A stretch of DNA of 64,000 bases from Amphiscolops sp. MND2022 (GCA_964187785.1 OZ076409.1:77626001-77690000); one strand, 5' to 3'. Shown: positions 26,601 through 38,755, counted from the first letter of the stretch. A program made the numbers and translations. Notes: generated by a model from the sequence alone, not told the origin.

Positions 26601-27087
26601 GAAACAAATAGCCGAAATACAACAAGCTGCCAAAGAGAACCTAATGCAGTCTTACCTCAAATACAAACAGTATTATGACAAGAAAGCAACGGCTACACCG
26701 CTCAAAGTCAACGACTACTGCTACGTCCTTAATCCGAAGGCAGACAATCAGTCAATGAACTTCGCCTTTAAAGATTGCATTTGGACTGGACCCTACATAG
26801 TAGTCAAAGTACTCTCGAACAACAACTACGTCGTACGTCGCACAGGAACTAGGTATACTCAAACCCTCCATAGAATTCGCCTAAGGCTATATGCGCCCAA
26901 TCAGCGAGTACCTGACGTAACAGTCAGAAGGGAAGATTACCTTCCAGATCCAGAGGTTAAAACAACCCACAATGATTGGTACGCGCAAGCTTGGGAAACC
27001 GAATTCGGAGAAGTTCTGTTCGGAAACAATACGGAAAACGCCGCCGAAGAAGCTACAGTTATAGAAATCGCAGACACAACAGGAAAC

Positions 27088-27222
27088 GACGAAATTACAA
27101 CGGAAAATGATGTGGTTAAAACAATCACAAACGAAATTACAGCGGAAAATGACGTGGTTAAAACAACCACAAGCGAAGATATAACGGAAAATGACGTGGC
27201 TCAAACAGCCACAAATGAAAAT
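27088..27222 (+). repeat. ~42-bp coding tandem repeat (x3) in the integrase C-terminal tail
   Basis: EITTENDVVKTITN / EITAENDVVKTTTS / EDITENDVAQTATN. Confidence 0.75.
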
Positions 27223-27624
27223 ACTGCAGAAGATAAAACACCCTCCGACAATATAACGTCATTTAACTTGGACGTCAGCGACAACCCCTATATTTTTACA
27301 CCGCCGCCTATAGAAAGCCCTCCCAAAACACCCGAACTAACGCCAATAGTCATTGGATATAATCCTAGAAAAGTGGGCCGATACAATTTGAGACCTAATC
27401 CGAGACCCAAAGTGGATCCTGACTTCAGAATGCTAGACTCAGCTACTACGGAAAATCTGAGTCAAACTCAAAACTAAATGAAAACGATCAACAGGCTAAA
27501 CCGAACCGGAGTAGCTACGTAAAAGTATCATCTAAACTAAAAGGAGCATCAACAAAGCCAAAATTATCGCTCCTTCAGAATCATCAAAACATAACAAAAG
27601 TCTACAAAATTGTCACAACACAAG

Positions 27625-30600
27625 TTATTTGGCGTGATGATATACGAGAGGATCAGTATCTTTCTTCGACTTCTTCTTCGGAGTCGTCTTACTACCACCA
27701 GCTTGCACATTAGATTTTTTCGATTTCCCGACTTGCTTCACATCAGTGCTCTTCTCACCAACTTTACTTCCACCACTTTTCCCTTTTCCACTAGTAGAAC
27801 TGGAACTACTCTGCACAACGGAACTGCTACGAGACCCCTGCTCTGCACGAGACAAACGATTGACCCGATTACACTCAGTATAATGCTCATCTTTGGATTG
27901 TCGTCGCTTTGCTAAAAATTCCTTATACAGCTCGCAAAAAGCCGCAATAAATGAGTTCACGCCAGAATCACACAGATCTTTCCACACATTAAAATCAGAG
28001 CCAATATAGAAGAGCCCAGCATCAGAAACAGCATCTCGAATTAGGCCCATCGTCGACTCAGTAAACAATGACTGCGGAGAATAACCGTCACTCAAAACAT
28101 AGGATTGGACAACCCTGCAGCACAAAAGCACACTCCCTTCAACCTGCTTACAGCCAGCCAGATCAAGAGTAAATGGAGGACTAACACGATTGGGCTCACC
28201 AACGAGCAGGCAACATAACTTGAAGACACGCATTACATGTCGTCGTGATTGAAACCCAAAATCATCCAGCAAATAACGACGAACGTCCGAAATAGAACTG
28301 GCAGAACGCTCCAATTGACTATGATGCCTGCGTTTCTCAATCACGTATGCGCTGTATTCATCCACAGCGGCATTGCATTCTTCTCGGGATAAAGCGCCGC
28401 ACCTCATCAGATCATCACACAGCTCAGAGAACAAATCAAACGCACACTTATCGTCACCTTCTAACATCAGTTCAGGGCAAAAACTGCACAGACCTTTCGA
28501 CACAACGGAACGGGTGCCAGCGCTCTCTACTAACAAGAAGGCGAGACGATCGACAAATTCTCTACAGCGACCACGAAACTTTGGCATTTCACTCGACTTT
28601 GAGGATAGAAGAGACTTCCCATACTCACAGTGGGCCAAGAATTCCTCCACAGGTGCAACAGGGAAACTTGCCGCCTTTTCCACGTTCATGTACGCATCCC
28701 AAACGTGAATATCTGGGAGACTTGACAACTGGCGTGGCTTCATCAACAAGCAGTATATGAAATTGCACAATTCGCCAAAGCCATGGAACGCATAATCGCT
28801 GCGGCTCTGTCTCAATTTCGGCAAATGAATATGGAAAGTATCCAGCATCAATTGCAACAGTCCAAAACGATACGGCATCAGTCCGTCCGAGATCACAGTT
28901 GAATCCATCCCTCTCAACTAAACAACAACACACAATAATCAAGCAGACGGGAAATAATAGATGATTAACAAAACGACCCTGAAGAACCCTTCACAAAAAA
29001 AAATCATGCAACAAACTTACACTATTGGCTTGATCCTTCACATGAGGCAACCCAGTACACCGAATGAACAGACGAATTGAAGGCCACAGATCCACCAAAT
29101 CAGTCAGAACCTCACGAAGATCCTGGAAGGCAACGAAACCTTGACGAATGGCCTCACGCAGCAACACCTTGCCGTCTGTCCAGTCCTTATAGACAGCGCT
29201 CTTCAGTCTTAAAATGACATAGTTCATCAAACATCTTGATGTGCCTGACGCACACACTGCAGGAACACCTCTCCGGAAAACTGTTGATGCATAACAAACC
29301 GCTTCCCATCAGAACGATTGTCCTCTATCCCTCTATCACTAGAAGCAGCACCGGACTAGCGCCGCTAATACAAAAGGGAAGACGCGCATTTTGCACACCG
29401 TGGACGAACTGCGCCAAAGGAACCAACTCAGATTTGGGCATAGGCTGATCCAAAACTTCCTGACCAATACAGATTTTCCGTAGAGCAGTGTCCAACCAGC
29501 ACACAACAAAGCACCGTTCCACATCCGCGTCCTTCTCATAAAACAATGCGTATTCATTGCGTGTCCCGACCGCATTGAGAACCAGACGCAACACCCGAGG
29601 AGCAAGACCACGACACAGCAAGGACTGAAACAATACGCAACTACCATGACTACAAAATCGTACTATTACAGATCCCCCCCCAAAAAAAACAAAATGAGAC
29701 AAAGAGAGAAAACAAAGAGCTCATAAACCCAAAGGCCACACAAAATATGTAATATTCCTACTTACCACCGTCTCAGTACGACTCCAACTCAGCTGATATT
29801 CAGGCGCTCTCTCACCCAAAGAAGCACGAAAACACGCCCATAAACGTCGTAACAATGTGAAGTCGCCGCCACTCCGGAGCCACTCACAGACAGATGAGAT
29901 TATCGTCATAAATGGGACCTTCGAATCAACTTGAGCATGCTTGGGTACCAAATCTTCCGGAAAAGGGAACCCCTCTGCTAAGTCCACAAAAAGTTGAGCT
30001 TTATACTCCGCAATCTGGTCGGCAGTTAGTTCCATAGGCTCTAACCACCTATTGTATACGGGCAACCCCGAATGCACCCTGTAGCGCACATCACGAAACC
30101 AGTGTCCATCAGATGAGAAGTGACGTTTAAACTCGCCAGATCCTTGAGCTTTCATCCGCACATCTCGGTGGCACACTCGACAGAAGAAAAACGTAGGCTC
30201 CCCGCACTTAGGGCCACTGACGAAGTCGGAATATGCAGGATGCAGGGACAACATGCGTCTTTTTAAATGCTTGCGATTTCCATAAGTCCTAACTCAACGC
30301 TGACAACGATCTCCAATCTTCTCAGACAATTTCGTAAAACCTGCAAACAATAACAAAACCATCTATTAACACGATACATAATACTAAAACTCCAAGGCCC
30401 CAACCAAACCTAAAGAACCCCCCATTCACTATGAGATACCAACGTACATGTCTCGATACTTTGTACTGCCCGAGTCTCTACCTCCGAAATCAGATGACGA
30501 CCAAACTGCGCCAAATCAATGGGACTCAACGGAGTATTGCCGGGGAAAGCTAACACCTCCCCCTCCTCCGCTTCTTTGTCACCTATAACAAGCACCAAAT

Positions 30601-31455
30601 AATTCGACGGAAACAAAACGGACGCCCGAGCTAACCAGAGAAAACACAAGCAGAAGACTAAGTCGTACAACTCCATACAAGCATCCTTCACAACAAAGAG
30701 AAGAGAAAGGAAAAGGATGAACGAAAAAAAAAGAAAAAAAAGAAACAACTAACTGCTCCATCCTTCAGCCATGAGATCCTGTAAGGTAGGTGAATGACCA
30801 CCTTGACGTCGCTGTGGAGGAGTCGAAAATTTAACAGCCTGCTCACGGGAACAATCCGGCTCCATGACATCCACAGCCGCAGCCTGGGCACCATTTTTTT
30901 CCCTCACGTTTTCTTTCGGGGAGGCCGGACCGGCCTCGCCTCCACGAGGCTCATTGGCAACGGTAGCATCTTGAAGATGAGAATCAACTCCTGTGGCATC
31001 TTGTGAAACACCAGCACTGACGTCGGGAGCCTCTAACAAAGAAGAGGAACCAGGCGGGAAAGAAGCAGCATGCCCGGAACCAGCAAGAACAGTTGTCAAG
31101 ATAGCACTAACAGAAGCAACCGGAAATGTCTCGGTAATGGAAGGAAGGCCCGCGGGAACGAAGGAACGACTAGCATCCGTATTGGTACTAAGCCCGGGCA
31201 GCGCAATGGGTTGAGTTACTGAAAATCAGATCTGGTTCAGACGCGTCAGAGTTACGGGTAAGACTATAAGAGGCTGATCACCAAAACAATAGTCCTATTA
31301 CACAGGAAGTCAGAAAGAATTTACCAACCCGAAGCAGAACGAGAAATATCTACATCAGAAGGGACGACGTCATCATCAGTAAAATTGAAGGTTGTCTCGT
31401 TCCCGCTGACGAACCCTGTGCCAATACCAGCAGGCGGAGCAGAACTATCATCCAT
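27625..31455 (-). CDS. Antisense, intron-containing zinc-finger protein gene carried by element B (some lesions)
   Basis: ATG at 31455 (MDDSSAPPAG...). ZnF exon FFCRVCHRDVRMKAQGSGEFKRHFSSDGH. GT-AG introns at 29765-29625 and 29020-28918, acceptor TTGCAG at 30341. Open 430-aa last exon at 28917-27625. Confidence 0.8.
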
Positions 31456-31699
31456 TCAGAATAACAACACAAGAAATCTAAAACAAAGAAAACAATCAAG
31501 AGAAAAACTACGCAAGGTGAATGCAATACCCAAGAAAAGGATAAACAGCACCATCTTTACGAGAGGGGAAAATTATTTATGTTTCAACTTCCCTTTCCCT
31601 TTAAAACCTATTATGGTATTGACGGAACAAAATGTTTCCAAAAATTCTACAAATGAATAAAAATTCACCAAGAAATGCTAAAAAAGAATTCGAAAAATC

Positions 31700-31900
31700 A
31701 TCAGGAGATTACGGAATACAGGCGTAATTCACCGATGAAGCTCTGTGACGTCATTACGCCATTAACCGAAAAGAGGACGGAAACTAAAATTAAGTATTTC
31801 GACCAATCACAACACAGCAAGAAAGAATTCGTTTCCTTCAACTCGGGACGAACCGGAACGAAAACGGAAAATCGACCAATAGGAATTCGACGAAAATCGC
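31700..31900. promoter_or_regulatory. Candidate internal bidirectional promoter
   Basis: TGACGTCA at ~31747 and GACCAAT at ~31801 and ~31874 lie between divergent ATGs (31455 minus, 32059 plus). A similar ATTGG/CCAAT/GACGTC cluster sits at 5520-5820 in A. Confidence 0.45.
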
Positions 31901-32256
31901 GAAAGGAAAGAATTTGAAACGTTCACTTGTCGTCCAATTTTCGCAGAAGCTTGACCAGCTTAAAACTATCTGAATTTTCTGAAGTGTCACAAGAAATCTT
32001 TGCTAACAAACTGCCTGCAACCTCTCCAAAACAGTTCTCAGCAATTTCTCCCACTAAAATGAACAACTATTCGCTAGTTATCGACATCTCGTCAGACGAA
32101 GAAATCAATAAAATCAAGCACGCCGATAAAAACGCTGCCTCTTAATATGGTGGGATATATGAGCGATTCCTCCGTCGAAGTTTATCGCGGAAGCGATGCG
32201 GAAATGGTTTCCACTTCCGAGTCACCCGAAACGACACCGACACCTAAGAAGAAAAG

Positions 32257-32866
32257 AACAAGACGGGAACGTCTAAAGTCGGCGCTACATCTAAGGCTCA
32301 AAAAGCTCAGTTTTCTAAATATGCCCAGGATGTATTCATGAAAAGCTTTGAAAACACTTTCGAGACACCCAAAGTGTGCCTTTCATGCTCGATATGACTG
32401 GAAAATCACTTTTCTCGACTGGAAACAAAAAAATTTTTGAAAATTTTTTTTGAAAAAAAATTTTTGAAAAAACTTCGAAAACGTCGCATAGTGCCGAAAA
32501 ATGAAAAGGGGGGACCCTTTGGGATTCATTAACATACTTTCTGTTGCAAAATATCAAAAAATCCGAAGGGGGGACTCTTTTGAAAAATTAAAAATTTTCG
32601 AAAAAAAAATTCGCACAGTGCCGAAAAAAATTGAAAGGGGGGACCCTTTGGAGTCTTCCGGTTTTGTAGGTTACGTAAAAAAGGTAAAAAACGAAAGGGG
32701 GGACCCTTTGCAGTAAGTTTGCATTGGTGGAACTTGGCCTGAGTGAACTTATCAGTTTCTGTAAAAAGTGGTACATACGCGATGAGCTCTGTGGTCTGAC
32801 GAAAAAAAAAACTAGCCACTGTAATAGTCGGGCTTTTTTCCTTAAAGGAAAATGCGCGGACTAAAA
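32257..32866 (+). mobile_element. Non-autonomous Helentron/DINE-1-like element
   Basis: 5' subterminal AGTCGGCGC (32277). 3' hairpin AGTCGGGCTTTTTTCC..GGAAAATGCGCGGACT whose arm is inverted to the 5' motif. Internal GAAAGGGGGGACCCTTTG repeats. Inserted in an A-run with no clear TSD. Confidence 0.6.
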
Positions 32867-33400
32867 ACAGGAAGAGTCACGTTCAATCTGCCGTCAGCCG
32901 ACTCCGACACGGACTACTATGAAGAGCCAGACTCCCTGCAACGCCTACCTTCCCCAATATAACGTACTCCTGTCCTAAAGGAGACGGAAAATATCCCTGT
33001 TCTGGGAAATGAAAGAATGCCAAACACGGGAAAATTGAACGACTTGAATGAGCCTTCCTTGGCGGAATTGGAAGCTCTGTACGGCCTGGACTTAGAGGAC
33101 CAAAATTACCTCGCATCCGTAGGCCGTGGACGCGGGCGACACGCAACAAATATAAATCAGCCGCACTTAAAAGAAAATCTGTGTCCTAACATCATAATTA
33201 GACCCTCCGAGTGTTGTCCGGAGGAAGTAGAACGACTAGAGAAGGAAGTCTGTGAGTTGGACGAAGAAGAAAGGAAAATTAGGGACATGAAGGCTGGAAG
33301 AGGACGTGGCCCCCTCCAATCAAGAAAATACAATGGTCGCCCCCCGTGACAATAAAGAAAAAATCCCGCACTGCCACGCTTTACCCCTGTCACTCTCATC

Positions 33401-33411
33401 AAGAGGGGCCC
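33401..33411 (+). promoter_or_regulatory. Polypurine tract of element B
   Basis: AAGAGGGGCCC immediately precedes the 3' LTR TGTCAC. Confidence 0.7.
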
Positions 33412-35788
33412 TGTCACGACCCGCTCACGGTCGTAATTTTACTTGCTGCTCTGGAATACCGGGATTCGGCAGAGGACATGGACAAAGGCAGAGTAAATAC
33501 CTTTAAACTTTGTTAAACTAATCAAATTCTACTTACAGTACAGTTAAATAAGTGCGAATAATTTTTCAAATACGGAATTCAACGTATGCGTTACGGAAGA
33601 TTTTCAGAAATGACTTTAAACTAGCTAAAACTTCCGCTCTAATGTTTTCACACACAACACCGTTTTACTTCCGGTTTTATCTTCTGAGTTTTTCCATTCC
33701 AATCTAAATATTAAAACATTTTTGCAGACGGGATCGTTTTGGCGCTCCACACTTAAACAAAAACACAGAATCGACATTTAACTCCGAGATCCCAACAGAG
33801 TCCATAAGTTCTAAAATGAAAGAACATACAAAAATAGAGTGGAAATGTATTCCAAAATTAGAGTAGTTGTTAAATATCCACTTAAAACCGTAGTCAAGTG
33901 ATTTTAAGCAAATGTTTACAACGTAATGACAGCGTCACTCAACTAGGCAAGCAACGGGCGCTCCTATTTTCACGGGTCAATAGCGTCACTCGTTGGCAGA
34001 ATTATCTGAGTTAATACCAATAGATTTACGCTTGGTTGCCCTTGGCAACGCTTACTAGCTAAGAAAAGAGAAGAGAATCGCCTACGCTCTCCGTTTTCAC
34101 TCCGCCTGCTGCTGCTGCTGCTCAGCTATAAGCAACCTTAATACATACGGAACGCTTACGGAGCAAATTGTAAAATTGTATTCCGCCGCTCAGCTATACC
34201 TAATCTTGATACGTACGGAACATCTACGGAGCGAATTACAAAATCGCAAATGAGAAATACTGGTCCAAACGAAATCCAAATGAAGCTTTTCTAAATCGAT
34301 GCGCTTGAAAGATTTAAGAGTTAAGATTCTAATATAAGGAAAACTGTACTGTAAGGAAGGTTGATAGAAATTACAATGTAATTTTTATGTTTTGGATTTG
34401 TATCATCATGGTAAATCACTAAATCGCGTTGACATTATGCTTTATTTAGTACTTCCTTAATGGAACAAATCTACTTGGTTTACTATGGCAACTAAAATAT
34501 CTTAATAATAATCCTAATGCAAGACGTAAAGTCAACGCTAATTCCTTATTTTCAAGCCAGTAGTAACGGCTGTATTTTGTGATAACAACAATCAGGCTAA
34601 TGACCAAACTATGATTCTGTGTTCTGACTATCCAAACTATGTTCTGACAAACTTTACGGTCATCATGCAAAATGTTGAAGTTGCTTTCCATTTGATATTA
34701 CAAATATGTTTCGCTCATCTAATTAGCAGTATAACCATTGTTACATTCCGTTAAAGTCCCGTTTGGACTTAATTTGTGTTCAATATGAATGATGTAGTAT
34801 GTCATTAGCAGATAATTCATATGTTTGAATTTGGGCTTACCGTTTCAGCATCGTTTGTTCTTTTATACCAAATTTCCATATTTTTCTTCCGCTTCCAAGT
34901 TAACTCATTTCGTATTGATTCCGTCGCCATTTATGAGTGTCATTCTTTTACTTCGAACTTCAGTTTCCTAACTTGAACGCTGACTAATTGATCACGCCGG
35001 CGTGCCTACGCTGATGAAAATGTCAGCTAGACTTCTATTTTGCCGCAATTTTGAAGCTCAAACAGGAAATGAATCGCCTGAACAAAAATGATTTCAACGA
35101 AGTTTTACGGAACACTGACTCAACTAGGAATTTGGATACCTGATTTTACGACGCGGGACTGAAATAATATGAATCATTAGCGCTTTTTGTTGAACGAACC
35201 CGATTTTTGTGATACCTAGGAATTTTTAGGTGAGGAACAAATAATGCTGGGAAGGTATAAATATGTAAAACATACATGTAAATCAGTTAGTTTTTAACCT
35301 GCTTTGTAACAATTAGTTCTGTTCCGTTATCATAACGTGTTCAAAAGAAAACTTAAATCTTTGAAGAATTCAACTTTTCCAAAGATACTTTCTCTCTCTC
35401 TCGACCGAAATGACAACCAGAAGCCAGAAAAGGAAAGCTGTAGCCGAGTTAATCTCTGGTGATTTTGAAACCTCTGTAACCGAAAACTTTCCGCCTGGAA
35501 CCCTTGTAGCTAGTTCTAGCAAAATTCCTAGGATAGAGCCAGAAGGTTTGGCTGAGATAAAAACGTCACTAAGAAAGGAGATTATGTCTGATCTGACTAA
35601 AATACTTGCGGAAAACCAAAAGGAAATGCTTAAACTGATAGCACCTTTAAACAAGAAACAAACAGTCCACATGAATGTTCAAGACTCAGACTCTGAACCA
35701 GAGAATGTTTCCGTAGCAAGGACGTCTACCCCCGTCAAAACTCATATTGCGCCTAACTCTAAAACAACTCCGGTTAATAGTCGTAACA
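33412..35788 (+). repeat. 3' LTR of element B (2377 bp), includes a copy of the gag N-terminus (35410-35788)
   Basis: Direct repeat of 18099-20450 with scattered substitutions and small indels, followed by TSD ATGGC. Confidence 0.95.
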
Positions 35789-36262
35789 ATGGCGTTGTTT
35801 GAAGCCAATATCCAAAATACGTTTTACTTCATAGCTGTATTTCATTCAAAAAGGAACCTTTTGTTCAGTTTCCTTTATGAATTATTTCTCCAAAAATATC
35901 CTTTTACACCAGCTCGGAAAATCCTGACTCAAAAATTAGTTCTCATTTAGTCGTAATCATTTTTGACGCAATGACAACGTAACCTTATATTCTTTCCATG
36001 ACGTACATTCAGACAGGCGCGGCTGCATAAATTTGATGTCAAATCGACGTAATTTGATATCCCAGTTAAGCCTTGACAAGATTGTGAGGTATTTGGATTA
36101 TTATTTGAATTCTGTATGCACGCTAGTAAGCACGTGAAAAGTAAACATTCTGTAAGCATGTGAAAAGGGTGACTATTCAAATCGTAGAATATTCAAACTG
36201 TCGAAAAAATCAAAGCTATTGAAAGCGTCGAAAGAATTCCATAGCAGCGATTATTTTCAGGT

Positions 36263-36849
36263 TATAATTTGAAGAGGTGGGCATATTTTGTTGTATGGCT
36301 CGGTCGCTTCGCTCCCTTCGCCAAGTAGCAACATTGAGGCATGGCCATATGGCACGTCGCTCCGCTTCGCTTCGCTCCTGCATTTAGGGCACTAGGAGTA
36401 TGTGGACATAGATGACTACGTTATCGTAATTAGTTCGTCGCTTGTGCTGTATTCATTTTACTGAATTTGATTGGTTCATTGAATGAACGTTTGGTCACGT
36501 GACTATGAGGCGCAGTATTTACTGCGTGTAAACTGCTTTCGACGCTTTGAATGTTCCACGATTTGAACCGTCCCCATGTGAAAAGATTTAACCCAATTTA
36601 AGGGGCAGAGACGTTTTGTCACCAGCCATTTGGGCGACAAAAATTTCAGCCCATTTCGGCGACAATAATGTCGCCCAAATGTCCCGTAGACTAAATGGCT
36701 AAATATGTTCACATACCCCTAGTACCCTAAATGCAGGAGCGAAGCGAAGCGGAGCGACGTGCCATATGGTCATGCCTCAATGTTGCTACTTGGCGAAGGG
36801 AGCGAAGCGACCGAGCCATACAACAAATATGCTAACCTCTTTAAATATA
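36263..36849. repeat. ~145-bp inverted repeat pair (MITE-like)
   Basis: 36263-36410 (GAAGAGGTGGGCATA...CGCTTCGCTTCGCTCCTGCATTTAGGG) is the near-perfect reverse complement of 36703-36849. Confidence 0.85.
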
Positions 36850-36958
36850 TCAGTTAATTGATCAATTTGATCAACCCATTTGGTCGACACTTTTGTCGCC
36901 CATGTGACCGACGCCATATTGTCGCCCAAATGGCTGGTGACGAAAAGTCACTGACCCC
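36602..36958. mobile_element. Small MITE with ~40-bp TIRs and 9-10-bp flanking direct repeat (Mutator-like)
   Basis: GGGGCAGAGACGTTTTGTCACCAGCCATTTGGGCGACAA ... TTGTCGCCCAAATGGCTGGTGACGAAAAGTCACTGACC, with CCAATTTAA on both sides. Confidence 0.65.
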
Positions 36959-37447
36959 AATTTAATTGCTTTTTAAACTGTAATTAAACCATTCTAAATG
37001 GTGCTTGTTTTTTTTCAAATCTTTGAAATGTTTTCTTACTTTCTTCTTCTTAGATCTGATTATGTTTGTTCCCAAATGTGTTTTCAATCATGTTTTCCGG
37101 TAGATCAACTTTGTTTCCGCGGTAATTAGAACGTCTTGGCAGTAATGCGTGGAATTTATTTAGAGATAAATTTTCTCAGTCTTTGTTTATATTTTAGATT
37201 TCATGATTCTAACTGGTCACAGTTAATTTGTTTACTCGAATAATGTTAACTCGAATAATCATCTGACTTGATACTTCCTGAATCAGTGATTTCTTCCGAT
37301 TTGGCGATTTGGACATTTAGGCAATCGCAGTCTGGTAGTGATGCGAACTGTGACAAGCGTACTAAGTAACTGACATCGCAAATTGACATCGTCGTTGAAT
37401 TGTGACCTTCTTCTTTCGAAACGTTCTTGGAACTTTGAACAAATGGA

Positions 37448-38291
37448 ATTAAGCCGGGAACGGCTCAAGTCGGTGCCTCGCTCGATGTTCAAACACGCAA
37501 TGTTTTTTACATATGCAAAAGTACACTTCTGGTAAACTTCCATCAATTTTAGTGTGCCAAACTATACCTCAAGGAATACGCATAAGACTCGAAATTCACT
37601 TTTTCTCCAACTGGAGACAACGAAACCATTCACAAAAAAGAAAACTGAGGAAAAAGTTTTACTAAACTTTTATGAATTCTCCGGTAAGTCACACAGTGCC
37701 AAAAACCCTAAGGAATCCTCTATCTATGCTCCCAAACATTTTCGTTTTTAGTAAAAACTGAGAAGGGGTTTCGATGAAAACAAACTGGAAAGTCGCATGG
37801 GAAAAAAGCCGGTCTTAGAAAAAACAAAATTCGGTTATACCGTGCTGAGAAAACCCGAGAAAATTGTAAGACGGAAATTGAATAAATCTCACAATGCCAA
37901 AAACTTGAACAGGGGGCTTTGGGCTTTTTGAATGTTCAATTCGACGCAAAATATCAACTAAAATAAAGGGAAATCTCCTTTCGGAGACAATAAAAGATTT
38001 TCTTTAAAAAATTGAAAAATGAAAATTTCGAAGTCTCATAGTGTCGAAAAATGTTAAAGGGATTTTTTCAACATCCCTTTGGAATTTTTTGAAGATCCAA
38101 TCTCTTGCAAAATATCAGAACAATTGACGTGGTACCATTTGGAGACATTCAAACATTTGCGAAGAAAGTCTCACAAACCCGAAAAAAAACATGCAAAAAC
38201 TTTTGGTCAAGTTCAAGACTCGAACGCGCGTCCTTCTGCTTCGCAGACCTCAAAAATTCCTAAATAACTTCAGTGCTAAATGGCAGTAGAA
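37448..38291 (+). mobile_element. Second Helentron/DINE-like element, interrupted by the element D LTR
   Basis: Its 5' end AAGCCGGGAACGGCTCAAGTCGGTGC resembles AAGACGGGAACGTCTAAAGTCGGCGC at 32260. It shares internal CA(C/T)AGTG(C/T)C(G/A)AAAA motifs. Confidence 0.5.
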
Positions 38292-38755
38292 TGTGATGCC
38301 ATGATGCATGTCCTCAAGAACTTTCAAATATGTATGTAAACTTGAAGTCATCCACCTTTGGAAAGATATAAGTCACTTCATTTTGTAGTTAATTGAAGTT
38401 GACTAGATTGCTGACACTTGAAGATAACTTAACTAATACTTTGTGACAAAATAATTAGTAACCCATTTATTTCACCTTACTGTTGTCGCTCTTGATTAAT
38501 TAGCATGTCAATATAACTAATTGCAATCATTGATGAGTTTGTAGAATATATCTACTCAGAGAAAATTAGAATATTAACTGAAGAACGGTTTCACTTTGAA
38601 AGAAGACCTTAACTGAGATCTCAGAGATATTGCAAGATAGCTAGCTAGTCAGTCAACTTGGTACCCTAGACGAATTTCCTGTTAAGAATTGCAGACTTCT
38701 TATGTGCTCAATAAAACAAACAAGAACTACTACAACATACATTTTCAACTGCTCA
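38292..38755 (+). repeat. 5' LTR of element D (464 bp)
   Basis: TGTGATGCCATGATGCATG...CTGCTCA. Its termini match the solo LTR at 47162-47562. AATAAA at ~38710; followed by AT + TGGTGCTGCGG. Confidence 0.8.

Larger units (their letters stand above)
21471..27477 (+). pseudogene. pol: pol of element B (PR-RT-RH-IN), disrupted by a MITE, stops and frameshifts
   Basis: PR LVDSGA near 22230. RT LRLLVDLR...QYVDDIG (23598-24539). RH MTDASF (24631-25959). IN HPG..C..C, TDKGSQF, and GPY motif (26023-27477). Confidence 0.95.
32059..33506 (+). pseudogene. Sense 'ORF3' of element B, interrupted by a Helentron-like insertion
   Basis: Pieces MNNYSLVIDISSDEE, VGYMSDSSVEV..PKKKR, and 33017-33349 (acidic, coiled-coil-like, GRGRG twice). 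33306-33506 crosses the PPT/LTR. Confidence 0.5.
18099..35788 (+). mobile_element. Element B: full-length 17.7 kb Ty3/Gypsy LTR retrotransposon, family 1, TSD ATGGC
   Basis: ATGGC at 18094-18098 and 35789-35793. LTR termini TGTCACGAC...GTCGTAACA (imperfect inverted repeat). PBS, PPT, gag and pol are present. Confidence 0.96.

Noticed and set aside
32336..32819. Short Phe/Lys-rich ORFs
   Set aside because: They arise from low-complexity internal repeats of the Helentron-like insertion.
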